Positions 20,600-29,817 of a stretch of DNA of 56,879 bases are shown piece after piece. The translations under genes were made by a program, and so were the position numbers. Location: the IMG/VR virus record IMGVR_UViG_3300021138_000005, one strand, 5' to 3'. The notes beneath the pieces were generated by a model. That model was not told the DNA's origin, did no database searches, and saw nothing but the letters and a program-made list of their open reading frames with translations. The DNA comes from an uncultured virus (IMG/VR IMGVR_UViG_3300021138_000005) (taxonomy: Duplodnaviria; Heunggongvirae; Uroviricota; Caudoviricetes). How positions within the stretch are numbered: the first letter of the stretch is position 1; each line of letters starts with the position of its first letter.

Positions 20600-21319
20600 T
20601 CAGATGTCCCAGAAGTAGGTGTTGGTCCAGATGCTGGCCCATCCCTGTGCTAGGTTTGTATCATAAACGGTGCCCAGCAGCCATGGCATGTTCACATCCC
20701 AGGTACCATCTGCCTGCTGGAACGCATAGCCTTCACCGCCATCTCCGCCACCAGTGATATAGCCACTGTTGAAGCTAATCACTGTGTTGTCGTTGAGCTC
20801 TGCCACTGCTTGATAGTAACCTTCGCCACCATCGGCATTGTACCACATCATGCCTATGTACATGTCTCCAACATTTGGGATGCCATAGTTATCTGTGAGC
20901 GTGCAGGGCAACTGCATGGCGCTGTCGTACACGTCTTGAAGCAAGAAGCTGTTGCTGCTGAGTTGACGTATGATGTAGGCATAGGTGGTACCATTACCAA
21001 GATTAGCCAATGGTATGATGATGTTGTTGAATGCGCTGTTGCCAGTATAGCCTGTGAATGGTACAGGTGATTCTGCACTGCCAACGGTTTGGCTGTAGCT
21101 GATGGTGTAATCACCAACGCCTCCTGTGCCTGTACCATAATCAGTGATAGTGGTGTTGTCGTCCTGTCCCGTGGGTTCAAGTATGGTGTTCAATTCTATG
21201 AAACCGCTGATCATCTCCGTGACAGTGAGCGTGGTATCCACTATGTAACCGAGGAACAGGCTGTTCTGTGCTTGCCACAGCGACTTGTTCCAATAGCGTT
21301 GGCTTAATCTGCTGCCCAT
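20600..21319 (-). CDS. 'MGRP'-related virion protein
   Basis: MGSRLSQRYW start; YIIRQLSSNSF, CTLTD; GTGTGGVGDYTIS insert. Confidence 0.65.
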   Translation of the reverse strand: MGSRLSQRYWNKSLWQAQNSLFLGYIVDTTLTVTEMISGFIELNTILEPTGQDDNTTITDYGTGTGGVGDYTISYSQTVGSAESPVPFTGYTGNSAFNNIIIPLANLGNGTTYAYIIRQLSSNSFLLQDVYDSAMQLPCTLTDNYGIPNVGDMYIGMMWYNADGGEGYYQAVAELNDNTVISFNSGYITGGGDGGEGYAFQQADGTWDVNMPWLLGTVYDTNLAQGWASIWTNTYFWDI

Positions 21320-21321
21320 GA

Positions 21322-21543
21322 TCAGTTACCTCCCTTGGTGCTAGAACCAATCTTGTCTACTATGCTCTGCTTGTCAGTGGGATAAACACTGCTCTGGTCT
21401 GGATTCATGCTGGCCAATGCTGCGTTGGCCTCTTCCTTGGTGTCATATGTCTCTGTGTTCCAAACCTTGTCGCCTCGGTCGCTGATGACCAGCGTCTTGA
21501 GCGTCCATGCCTTGGGTGCCTCTGCGGCAGGTGCTTTAGCCAT
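21322..21543 (-). CDS. hypothetical small protein
   Basis: GGGAG RBS, TAAATA upstream. Confidence 0.6.
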   Translation of the reverse strand: MAKAPAAEAPKAWTLKTLVISDRGDKVWNTETYDTKEEANAALASMNPDQSSVYPTDKQSIVDKIGSSTKGGN

Positions 21544-21568
21544 GCGGATATCTCCCTGTTATGAGTAG

Positions 21569-21934
21569 TTATTTAGCGGTCAGGTTGCTGTCAACCACGT
21601 GTACCCTGTTGGCTTCTGGACCCCAGATGCTCCACTCCAGATGGTTGCCATGCCAGTCCTTGATCTTGCTGCTGGTGATGCGCATGGCGAATCCTGAGGC
21701 CATACCAGTGAATCTGATGCTCATCAGTCCGGACATGGGTGGTTGGGCTGATTCACAGAGCCTGTAGCTGCCTATCTCGTCAGTGTCGCAATCCTGTACC
21801 AAGAATCTATCACTGCCAACCTGCTTGAGTATCCAGCCTCGACCCACACGGCCTTGATTGTTGATCACTGGCATCAGCACTGGTGATTCACCTGTGGGAA
21901 TACCGATCCATCGGTCTGTTAAAGGGCGGCCCAT
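21569..21934 (-). CDS. 'MGRP' family protein (minimal form)
   Basis: MGRPLTDRWIG, WILKQVGS..FLV. Confidence 0.7.
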   Translation of the reverse strand: MGRPLTDRWIGIPTGESPVLMPVINNQGRVGRGWILKQVGSDRFLVQDCDTDEIGSYRLCESAQPPMSGLMSIRFTGMASGFAMRITSSKIKDWHGNHLEWSIWGPEANRVHVVDSNLTAK

Positions 21935-21940
21935 GGTATT

Positions 21941-21991
21941 ATTATATCACAGTATGACACAGTTGATGAAACAGTTTAATCAGCGTATACT
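21941..21991. promoter_or_regulatory. divergent sigma70-like promoters
   Basis: Plus: TTGATG-N17-TATACT (21963-21991); minus: TG-A-TATAAT (21946-21941); each -10 box is 6 nt from an ATG. Confidence 0.6.
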
Positions 21992-21997
21992 AGGTAC

Positions 21998-22510
21998 ATG
22001 GCAAAGAAAGCAAACACACAGGGTCAGAAGCTGAGCTTGGATGCAGTGCTGCAGGCGCTGGATACCCGAGACTTTGGATTCTATGAACGCCTCACTGACG
22101 AGGAACGCAAGGGCTACAGTCCCTTCTTGCTGATGCGCTACATGAGCAGTCTCAGCCCGCAGAGCCCCATGCAAAGCTATGCTGTGCTGGCAACCAATGA
22201 CTTGGTGAACCTTGGATTCTTCAGCTTGGGCAAGCATCCAGAACTGCAGCACAAGCTGATGTGTCTAGCTGGCACAGGACGCAAGCAGTACAGGCCCTAC
22301 GTGGGTGCCAAGAACGCCAAGAGCAAGACCAAGGTGGTTGACGAGTTCCTGCTGGGCCTGTACCCTAGCATAAACGCAGAAGAACTGGTGTTGCTGAAAT
22401 CGCAGCTGGACAAAGAATCTCTGAAGCAGCTGGGCAAGGATGCTGGGCTCAGCGACAGCGAACTGAAAGAATTGGTCGAGGATGGCAAAAAGCTGGAGCG
22501 TGATTCCTAA
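21998..22510 (+). CDS. clamp loader small subunit-like (T4 gp62-like)
   Basis: YSPFLLMRYMS, HPELQ, KQYRPY pattern; replication gene context. Confidence 0.55.
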   Translation: MAKKANTQGQKLSLDAVLQALDTRDFGFYERLTDEERKGYSPFLLMRYMSSLSPQSPMQSYAVLATNDLVNLGFFSLGKHPELQHKLMCLAGTGRKQYRPYVGAKNAKSKTKVVDEFLLGLYPSINAEELVLLKSQLDKESLKQLGKDAGLSDSELKELVEDGKKLERDS

Positions 22511-23192
22511 GCAGTGCCGCTGTGAGTTCTGTAAGAAGGAATTCAGCGACGAGCTGAGGTTGATCAATCATGTGTGTGAGAAGAAGCGGCGGTGGTTCCA
22601 AAAGGACCAACCTCAGGGCCGCATAGCCTTCATGGCCTGGTCGCGCTTCTATGAGATGAACAGTGCTGTGGCTGGCAAGAAGCACAAGAAGACCTATAAG
22701 GAATTCATAGACAGCAAGTACTATCTAGCATTCAGCAAGTTTGCCAGGCATCTCTTAGATACTGCTGCACCAGAACCTGCACGCTTCATAGATTATGTGT
22801 TGAAGAATAATCTGCCCATAGACAAATGGACGCATGATACTGTGTATGAGGAATACATCAAAGACCTAATACGCAACGAGAGTCCAGAACAAGCATTAGA
22901 GCGCGGCATCGTGTTGATGCGAGAATGGGCACAGCAGCACGACCTACAGTGGTATGATTTCTTTAGAGAAGTGAACGCAAATCAGATGACACGCTGGGTG
23001 ACCACAGGACGCATCAGTCCCTGGGTGCTATATAATGCTAGCAGCGCAGAACTAGCACTCAAGCGTTGTACACCGGAGCAGATCAGTATGATAGCAGGCA
23101 TAGCACCGGCACCGCAGTGGTCGCTGAAGCTCAACAAAGACAAAGAGAGCACAACGTTCGTCAAGGACACTCTCAAGAAAGCAGGGTTATGA
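22482..23192 (+). CDS. hypothetical protein with N-terminal C2H2/C2HC zinc finger
   Basis: CEFCKKEF.....LINHVC. Confidence 0.7.
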   Translation: MAKSWSVIPKQCRCEFCKKEFSDELRLINHVCEKKRRWFQKDQPQGRIAFMAWSRFYEMNSAVAGKKHKKTYKEFIDSKYYLAFSKFARHLLDTAAPEPARFIDYVLKNNLPIDKWTHDTVYEEYIKDLIRNESPEQALERGIVLMREWAQQHDLQWYDFFREVNANQMTRWVTTGRISPWVLYNASSAELALKRCTPEQISMIAGIAPAPQWSLKLNKDKESTTFVKDTLKKAGL

Positions 23193-23488
23193 TGTCAGAT
23201 ATTGGTAGCATGTACGACAACAGCGATAATGATGAGATCGTAGTCACTGATACCAAGAGACCTGTGATCAAGCAGGGCATGATCACCGAGTTTGAAGTTA
23301 ACGGGCAGCGCATTCGCACCATAGATCCTACGTATGTTACGCTGATAGAAAATAGACTGGCGCAGGCTGAGCAAGTCATACAAGAGATGCGCAACGAGAT
23401 CAATAGGATCAACAATGGCATGAGAACTCGCAGGGCAGAGACGGCACAGCTCCAGCGTCAACTTGACGGCAAGATTGATAGGCAGTAG
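23189..23488 (+). CDS. hypothetical coiled-coil protein
   Basis: Start placed at the ATGA overlap with the upstream stop; C-terminal heptads. Confidence 0.6.
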   Translation: MMSDIGSMYDNSDNDEIVVTDTKRPVIKQGMITEFEVNGQRIRTIDPTYVTLIENRLAQAEQVIQEMRNEINRINNGMRTRRAETAQLQRQLDGKIDRQ

Positions 23489-23496
23489 GATTAGCC

Positions 23497-24081
23497 ATGT
23501 TAAATCGCGGCGACATTGACATTGATTTTGCGCATAGAGAAGCAGCGTTAAGTGAATTGAGACACACGCCTGCTAGCATCATCAGAGATGGCAAGATAAC
23601 TCGACATAACACAGGGGTGTATTTCCATAGTGTACCCAAAGACCCTATCACTGGATTGTGTAGTTTGGATTACAATGCCGCTGAAGATCGAGGATTCTTC
23701 AAGATAGATATGTTGAATGTAGGTGTGTATGAGCACGTCCGCAATGAAGCACATCTCAGAAATCTCATGGAAAGATCGCTAGATTGGTTAGTGTTTACCG
23801 ATCCCAGCTTTGTAGCCAAGCTGTTCCACTTGGGCAACTATGGCGACCTCTGTGCTAGATTGCGTCCAACCAGCATTGAACACATTGCTATGATATTAGC
23901 ACTGATCCGTCCAGGCAAAAAACATCTGCAAAGCGTGTGCGAATCGCAGGGGTTTGACAGCATACGCAACGAGATTTGGGTCAAAACTGACGAAGATACC
24001 TATAGTTTCAAGAAGGCGCACGCAATTTCATACGCAGTTTTGGTGTATGTTCATGCCAACATTTTGCTTGAACAATCTTAA
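23497..24081 (+). CDS. miniature DNA polymerase III alpha (DnaE)-like protein
   Basis: GDIDIDF, RHNTGVYF, FKIDMLNV, ALIRPG, YSFKKAHAISYA match DnaE PDxDxD, HAGGVV, KxDxLG, ALxRPG, YxFNKSHAxxY. Confidence 0.75.
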   Translation: MLNRGDIDIDFAHREAALSELRHTPASIIRDGKITRHNTGVYFHSVPKDPITGLCSLDYNAAEDRGFFKIDMLNVGVYEHVRNEAHLRNLMERSLDWLVFTDPSFVAKLFHLGNYGDLCARLRPTSIEHIAMILALIRPGKKHLQSVCESQGFDSIRNEIWVKTDEDTYSFKKAHAISYAVLVYVHANILLEQS

Positions 24082-24117
24082 ATCTATGCTAATATAAGCA
24101 ATCAGAGGAGCATTCAC

Positions 24118-24591
24118 ATGGCACGCACTAAGTTAGCATTCCAAGTAATCGGCGATATGTTCGGCAAATCAGTACAGATCATAGACGGAGATACGATCCT
24201 CAGTGTCGGAACCGATCTGCAGTATGATCCCATTGCCAAGCTAAACACCAAGCTCAAGAAAGGCTACTTGTTCCGTAATCCTCGGTCTACGCCTGAGCTG
24301 ATCGCAACGATTTGGGCTACTGTTGAGAATCTTACGAACGCGGTGAACGTATGGACAGAAGTTGAGCGCGAAGAAGGCAAGGATCCTCAATATATCAGCT
24401 ATGTTCGCATTGCAGATGCAGGCGATGCTACTATGTTTGCATTCTCGCATAACGAGTTTGAAAAGTGGGGCGACGATAAAGAAAAGGCCGATGTTAAGGA
24501 ACGCAAGGCAGCCAGTAAGCCGCTTAAGGTGCATGTGAACAAGGATGGCACTATCCGCGCTCGTGTCACAGTGACCACACTTGGAGACTAA
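24118..24591 (+). CDS. hypothetical protein
   Basis: GAGGAG RBS and upstream TTGAAC-N16-TAATAT. Confidence 0.7.
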   Translation: MARTKLAFQVIGDMFGKSVQIIDGDTILSVGTDLQYDPIAKLNTKLKKGYLFRNPRSTPELIATIWATVENLTNAVNVWTEVEREEGKDPQYISYVRIADAGDATMFAFSHNEFEKWGDDKEKADVKERKAASKPLKVHVNKDGTIRARVTVTTLGD

Positions 24592-24959
24592 GTGTGCTTA
24601 ACCAGCTGAATAGTTCTGCGCTTCACGCGCTTGTTCATGAGATCCTTGAGGTTTACTACAGGACCTTGTAGGATCTCAGTTTCCTTCATACTGAAAATTC
24701 TCAGGCATCGTTTGAATACGTAGAATCTATCTCGCATGAACATGTTAATTGGGATCTGGCGATTGCTTTCCCACCACCATGTGTCGCCGCATCCTAGAAA
24801 CTCTCGTTTCATCTCATCGCTAAAGGTGTTGTCCATCACATACATGTGGACAAACGCATTGTCTGCATGCTGTACAATACCCAGATATTCTTTGTCTAGA
24901 TGGCTTATAATCGTGAGGAATGGGAACTTTTCCTGTAACACCTGTTTGGTATCTGACAT
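24588..24959 (-). CDS. hypothetical protein
   Basis: AGGA RBS; WWWESNR.IPI motif; TATAAATA upstream on the minus strand. Confidence 0.7.
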   Translation of the reverse strand: MSDTKQVLQEKFPFLTIISHLDKEYLGIVQHADNAFVHMYVMDNTFSDEMKREFLGCGDTWWWESNRQIPINMFMRDRFYVFKRCLRIFSMKETEILQGPVVNLKDLMNKRVKRRTIQLVKHT

Positions 24960-24983
24960 AATGTTCCTATTTGCGTGTGGGGG

Positions 24984-24995
24984 TATTTATAAATA
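24984..24995. promoter_or_regulatory. palindromic bidirectional late promoter TATTTATAAATA
   Basis: TATAAATA reads on both strands between divergent genes 24959(-) and 25031(+). Confidence 0.6.
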
Positions 24996-25030
24996 GAGCA
25001 GGTGTCGATTGAACAAAATGTCAGGAACAA

Positions 25031-25906
25031 ATGCCAACGGTCTTCCTCTATAGCTTCAAGGAATACGTGCAACTCCTGCAGTTCGATGCGAACCCGCAAC
25101 TGGTGAATTGGCCGATGACCATATATGATACCAAACTTTACAAGGGCGTGACCAATAACATAGATTTTGTTATCCGTAACAATGAACGGCGTCCTATCAA
25201 TCTTGTTGGATTAACGCTGCAAGCAACGATACAGGATCAGCTCACGGGCGAAGTTGTACTGACCAAGAACGTTGAAGTAACAGTTGCCATACAAGGCAAA
25301 GCACGATTGACGCTTGATCCGGGCGAAACAGAAGATCTAACAGCTGGTTATTATAATTACAGCATACAGAACACCGATGTGAATGGTATAAGCCAGCTGT
25401 TCTACACAGACATAAATCAAAGCGGCATTGGTACTTTCGAGCTATTTGACGGTGTACTGCGCACCATGTTACCAGCTACAGAAGTCTTAGCAGCACAATT
25501 CACGCAAACACCTATAGGTAACAATGACGATGTGATGTTTGTGACTGGATCTTTTCCGGGCGATGCACAGACACAACGGGCCAATGGTATGCACACTGTT
25601 GCTGTGTATCAGACTAGATTTCTTGGCAAGTTTTTCATTCAAGCTAGCCTTAGCAATAATAATCCTATGCCCAGCGAATGGTTCTTCATACCTCTACAAC
25701 CTGGACCAGATCCGACGTATACTTTTGATTATACCAACAACCAAGGTCCTGGCCCAACCTTGTTCAATTTCGACCTCAATGCCTATTGGGTGAGATTTGG
25801 ATACATACCTGTATGGAGCGGCATAGACAGTCCTATTAGCGTTGACCAGTTTGCGACTTTGATCGTAAACGACGGTGTGTTTAACAAAATCCTATACAAA
25901 TCCTAA
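25031..25906 (+). CDS. probable virion structural protein (BppU-like Ig-fold N-terminus)
   Basis: KLYKGVTNNIDFVIRN..RRPINL.G, G.Y.YSI pattern; late promoter upstream. Confidence 0.5.
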   Translation: MPTVFLYSFKEYVQLLQFDANPQLVNWPMTIYDTKLYKGVTNNIDFVIRNNERRPINLVGLTLQATIQDQLTGEVVLTKNVEVTVAIQGKARLTLDPGETEDLTAGYYNYSIQNTDVNGISQLFYTDINQSGIGTFELFDGVLRTMLPATEVLAAQFTQTPIGNNDDVMFVTGSFPGDAQTQRANGMHTVAVYQTRFLGKFFIQASLSNNNPMPSEWFFIPLQPGPDPTYTFDYTNNQGPGPTLFNFDLNAYWVRFGYIPVWSGIDSPISVDQFATLIVNDGVFNKILYKS

Positions 25907-25926
25907 ATTGATATTATAATCAGGGC

Positions 25927-26946
25927 ATGGCTCTGATGCATCAACTAGTGGCTGAGAATCTACCACCGAAGCGTAAGACCAGTCCTCGTGGCTGGTTGAT
26001 GTTCAATGCCCCATGCTGTACTCACAGAGGGCATAGCCGCGATACGAGAATGCGCGGCAACATGCTGATCCTGCCAGACGGTCACATAGCCTACAACTGC
26101 TACAACTGTGGTTTCAAAACCGTGTTCGACAATGTAAACATCAGCAGGAACTTTGAGAACCTCATGGATTGGATGGGTGTACCCACCGAGGACATCCGCA
26201 AGGTCAAGCTAGAAGTGCTACAGAACAAGCTGAATGGTGTGACAGCTGTTAATGATCACAATGAATTGAATTTTGTGCATGACTTCAAGGAAGTGCCGCT
26301 GCCTGAGAATGCACGACCCATACAGGTAGTGATGGAAGATGATGAGCTCAGCCAGCAGTTTGGAAACTGCATAGATTATCTCAACAGCAGAGGCGCAGCT
26401 GTGGGCGAAGGCTGGGACTATCATTGGACGCCCAGCACCAAGTGGAATCTGGACCAGCGCATCATCATACCATTCTATTATCGTGATAAGATAGTCGGTT
26501 GGACTGCCAGATATGCTGGTACTCCTCCCAGTGGTACACCGCGGTATTACAACAGCGATCTGCAGACAGGATATCTGTTTAACTGCGATGCTATTAACAA
26601 AGGTAACCGTAAATACATCATACTTGTTGAAGGTCCATTTGATGCGATAGCAATAGATGGTGTAGCTGCACTTGGCAGCAAGCTCAGCAAGCAACAACTT
26701 AGTTGGTTAAACAGCACTGATCGTGAGATCATACTGTTGCCAGATAGACAACGCAACAACCAAGGCCTGATAGATATAGCATTAGAACAAGGTTGGAGCG
26801 TTAGCTTTCCTGATTGGGAAGATGATGTTAAAGATGCTGCTGATGCTAGTTGTCGGTATGGTAAACTGTTTACTCTGCGTACAATAATAGATAGCAAGAC
26901 CAACAGTGCACTACAGATTGGTACCAAACGCAAGACGTTTAGATGA
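25927..26946 (+). CDS. DNA primase (gp61/DnaG-like)
   Basis: Zn finger (PCC..H / CYNCG), IIIPF, TOPRIM VEGPFDA, PD, KDAAD. Confidence 0.88.
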   Translation: MALMHQLVAENLPPKRKTSPRGWLMFNAPCCTHRGHSRDTRMRGNMLILPDGHIAYNCYNCGFKTVFDNVNISRNFENLMDWMGVPTEDIRKVKLEVLQNKLNGVTAVNDHNELNFVHDFKEVPLPENARPIQVVMEDDELSQQFGNCIDYLNSRGAAVGEGWDYHWTPSTKWNLDQRIIIPFYYRDKIVGWTARYAGTPPSGTPRYYNSDLQTGYLFNCDAINKGNRKYIILVEGPFDAIAIDGVAALGSKLSKQQLSWLNSTDREIILLPDRQRNNQGLIDIALEQGWSVSFPDWEDDVKDAADASCRYGKLFTLRTIIDSKTNSALQIGTKRKTFR

Positions 26947-26958
26947 GAGGGATGATGT

Positions 26959-28401
26959 ATGGCCGATAGATTTGGTAACGAAGAAAAAGAAGAGATCAAG
27001 GATTATGGCGAGGACAAGCAACGGTTATTGCTCAGCGTGCTGTTAAGCAGCGAAGACATCTTTACACGCTGTGTCAACATCATCAATCCCAAGTACTTCG
27101 TTAACAAGCTACGTCCTGCTGTGCGTTACATGCTTAAGCACAGCGAGGAATATCGTGTACTCCCCAAGATAGAACAGGTGAATGCTGAAACTGGATTAGA
27201 GTTCTCTCGCATTGACGATATTAGTTCTGGTCATCAAGATGCATTTTTGGATGAGATCGAAGAATTTTGCAAGAATCGTGCACTGGCAGATGCAGTACTA
27301 GCCAGTGCTGAATTGATCGACAGGGGCAATTATGGTGAAGTTGAGAAGTTGGTCAGAGAAGCCATATTGGTTAGCTTGCAAAGTGACATCGGTACTAATT
27401 ACTTTGAAGATCCGCGTGCAAGGCTGCTGAAGATCAAGGATCGCAATGGACAGGTCACGACTGGGTGGAAGACTGTAGATGACAAGCTATATGGCGGCAT
27501 CAACAGAGGTGAGATAACCATCTGGTGTGCAGGATCTGGTGTTGGCAAGAGTTTGTTTCTGCAGAACATGAGCATCAACATGGCACGTAATGGTCTCAAT
27601 GTGGTTTACATCACGCTGGAATTGAGTGAAGGCTTAACCAGCATGCGTATGGATTCCATGCTAACTGACATTGGTACCAAAGAAATCTTCCGCAATTTAG
27701 ATACGGTTGAATTAAAGATCAAAGCAGCTCAACGCAAGAGTGGACATTTGCATGTTAGGCAGCTACCACAGGGCAGCACAGTTAATGATATCAAAGCGTA
27801 TCTCAAGAACTATGAGATTGAAACACAGAAGCGCTGTGACGTGATCGTGGTGGATTATTTGGATCTGCTGTACCCTAACAATAAGAAGATCAATCCCAGT
27901 GACCTATTCATCAAGGACAAGTTCGTCACAGAAGAACTGCGTGGTCTGGCAGTTGAACGCAATATGGTCTGTGTCACAGCATCGCAGCTGAATCGCAGTG
28001 CCACGCAGGAACAAGAACATGATCACAGCATGATCTCGGGTGGTATATCCAAGATCCAGACAGCAGATAACGTGATATCAATCTTTGCCAGCGCAGCAAT
28101 GAAAGAGCGCGGACAGTATCAGATACAGTTCTTGAAGACACGCAGTTCTAGTGGCGTGGGCAGCAAGGTATATCTGGGCTTTGATCAGAACACGCTGAAG
28201 ATATTTGACTTGGATGAGGAACAGCAGAGCATGTTGCAGGGAGGCGGCGCCGGTGCAGATGTATTCAATGACCTGCGCAGGAAGAATCTCAATCCACCGC
28301 CCAAGGGCATGAGCGATACGCCAGCAGCAGCTAGACCCGGAGTGGATATCAGCAAGAGTCTAGGTCAGCTCAGCAGCTTGACCAGTTTGATTAGGCGTTA
28401 G
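26959..28401 (+). CDS. replicative DNA helicase (gp41/DnaB-like)
   Basis: AGSGVGKS, YITLELSE, VVDYLDL, TASQLNR, KTR. Confidence 0.93.
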   Translation: MADRFGNEEKEEIKDYGEDKQRLLLSVLLSSEDIFTRCVNIINPKYFVNKLRPAVRYMLKHSEEYRVLPKIEQVNAETGLEFSRIDDISSGHQDAFLDEIEEFCKNRALADAVLASAELIDRGNYGEVEKLVREAILVSLQSDIGTNYFEDPRARLLKIKDRNGQVTTGWKTVDDKLYGGINRGEITIWCAGSGVGKSLFLQNMSINMARNGLNVVYITLELSEGLTSMRMDSMLTDIGTKEIFRNLDTVELKIKAAQRKSGHLHVRQLPQGSTVNDIKAYLKNYEIETQKRCDVIVVDYLDLLYPNNKKINPSDLFIKDKFVTEELRGLAVERNMVCVTASQLNRSATQEQEHDHSMISGGISKIQTADNVISIFASAAMKERGQYQIQFLKTRSSSGVGSKVYLGFDQNTLKIFDLDEEQQSMLQGGGAGADVFNDLRRKNLNPPPKGMSDTPAAARPGVDISKSLGQLSSLTSLIRR

Positions 28402-28840
28402 TGATTGGCTTCTTGTAGATCTGACGCAGGCGATTAACTACCTTTTGCGCGTTGCTGGAGTCTGTGCTCATCAGCTTGGTGAAAGCAGCTGCTAGTTCTT
28501 TCAATTGATCTGGATCTGTAGGTTCCGTTCCGCTTCTTAGCTGATTAAACGCAGTCTTGAACAGCTGGCTATTTTCTAAACCTAAATCATCTGCCAGACT
28601 AGACAAGCTAAATTTCTCAGGTGCAGTATCACGAGGTTCGGTCATGACCTTCTCAATGTCTGCATCATCCTGAGGTTGATCTTCTGTGCCAGCTTCCGGA
28701 GCAGCAGCTGGTTCTTCGGCAGGTTCAGCTGCATCTGTAGCTGGTGTGTTGTCGCCTAATATGCCACTATCTGCTGGAGCAGCTTCTTCTATGCGGCGCA
28801 TCAATTCTCGCATAGCGTCTGATTGCAGTGTGATGTTCAT
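28391..28840 (-). CDS. hypothetical acidic protein (probable head protein)
   Basis: GGAG RBS, TAAATA upstream on the minus strand, E/A/P-rich linker. Confidence 0.65.
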   Translation of the reverse strand: MNITLQSDAMRELMRRIEEAAPADSGILGDNTPATDAAEPAEEPAAAPEAGTEDQPQDDADIEKVMTEPRDTAPEKFSLSSLADDLGLENSQLFKTAFNQLRSGTEPTDPDQLKELAAAFTKLMSTDSSNAQKVVNRLRQIYKKPITNA

Positions 28841-28909
28841 GGCGTGCTCCGGATCGTTTACAAAAGGTATTTATCGGTAGTCTGGCTATAGCTAAATAAT
28901 TGGCTTACT

Positions 28910-29173
28910 ATGAGGATCCCAATGGCTGACAAGATCAACAGCTTCATCGACGAACTGGATAAGTTCGTCCCTGCCAAGAGCAAACACACGGTCATTGAGA
29001 GCCGAGCTAGTCACATCATTGCTAGTGCTATCAATCTTGTGCAGCTGATACGAGAGAGCTATCCAGAAGAAGATGCCAACGATCTTATTAAGCGATTGCA
29101 TCGCAGTATAATGAGCGAAGATCAACGTAAATTTGGTAGAAAGATCAAAGAATTACGAGGCAGCGAGCGATGA
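28910..29173 (+). CDS. hypothetical protein
   Basis: TAAATA upstream; ATGA overlap with the next gene. Confidence 0.65.
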   Translation: MRIPMADKINSFIDELDKFVPAKSKHTVIESRASHIIASAINLVQLIRESYPEEDANDLIKRLHRSIMSEDQRKFGRKIKELRGSER

Positions 29174-29817
29174 GAGCCAGCGAGTTTGCGCCTGTTAATT
29201 CTAATCTAGAGGAAGGCATGTTCCAGAAAGTTGGAACATGGTTTAGGTCAATAGTACCTAGTGCCGACAGCAAGATGGCCGGCGGTGAAAAAGAAATGAC
29301 AGCGTATGCTGAAGATTTCACCAATAAGATGCTCAAGATAGCTGGCAGGTACACTGACAACGACAATAAACGAATAACGATTAAGACACTGCAGCAGCTT
29401 GAATCTAGAGCTCCCTACTTGTTCATGAAAAATATCATGAAATTAGGGGATGGAGACATCGCAGGTATATTGAAGGCATTAGCAAAAAAAGGCAAGATAG
29501 CCACTGCTAAACCTGTAACGGTACAGGATATCAATAACCAGGACAATACCCTGGAGAGCGTATGGGGTGTCAGAGATGGCAAAGCAGCTGAGATACTACT
29601 AGACAAGCTAATTGGTATTGCTGCTATACGTAAGATGGAAATAGACTATCTATCAGATCCGTCGCATCAAACCGAGATTGATAATCCACAAGCTATTAGA
29701 CAGGTTTATAAACAAGCCGCACAGCCAAGTCAAGCATCGCAAGCTACACAACCAGCACCTGCATTAAATGTGGCATCTATAAATGCAACATTACAAGCAC
29801 TAGGAAACTTGCCATGA
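29170..29817 (+). CDS. hypothetical, probable head-internal protein
   Basis: MRASEF...LEEG N-terminus. Confidence 0.6.
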   Translation: MRASEFAPVNSNLEEGMFQKVGTWFRSIVPSADSKMAGGEKEMTAYAEDFTNKMLKIAGRYTDNDNKRITIKTLQQLESRAPYLFMKNIMKLGDGDIAGILKALAKKGKIATAKPVTVQDINNQDNTLESVWGVRDGKAAEILLDKLIGIAAIRKMEIDYLSDPSHQTEIDNPQAIRQVYKQAAQPSQASQATQPAPALNVASINATLQALGNLP

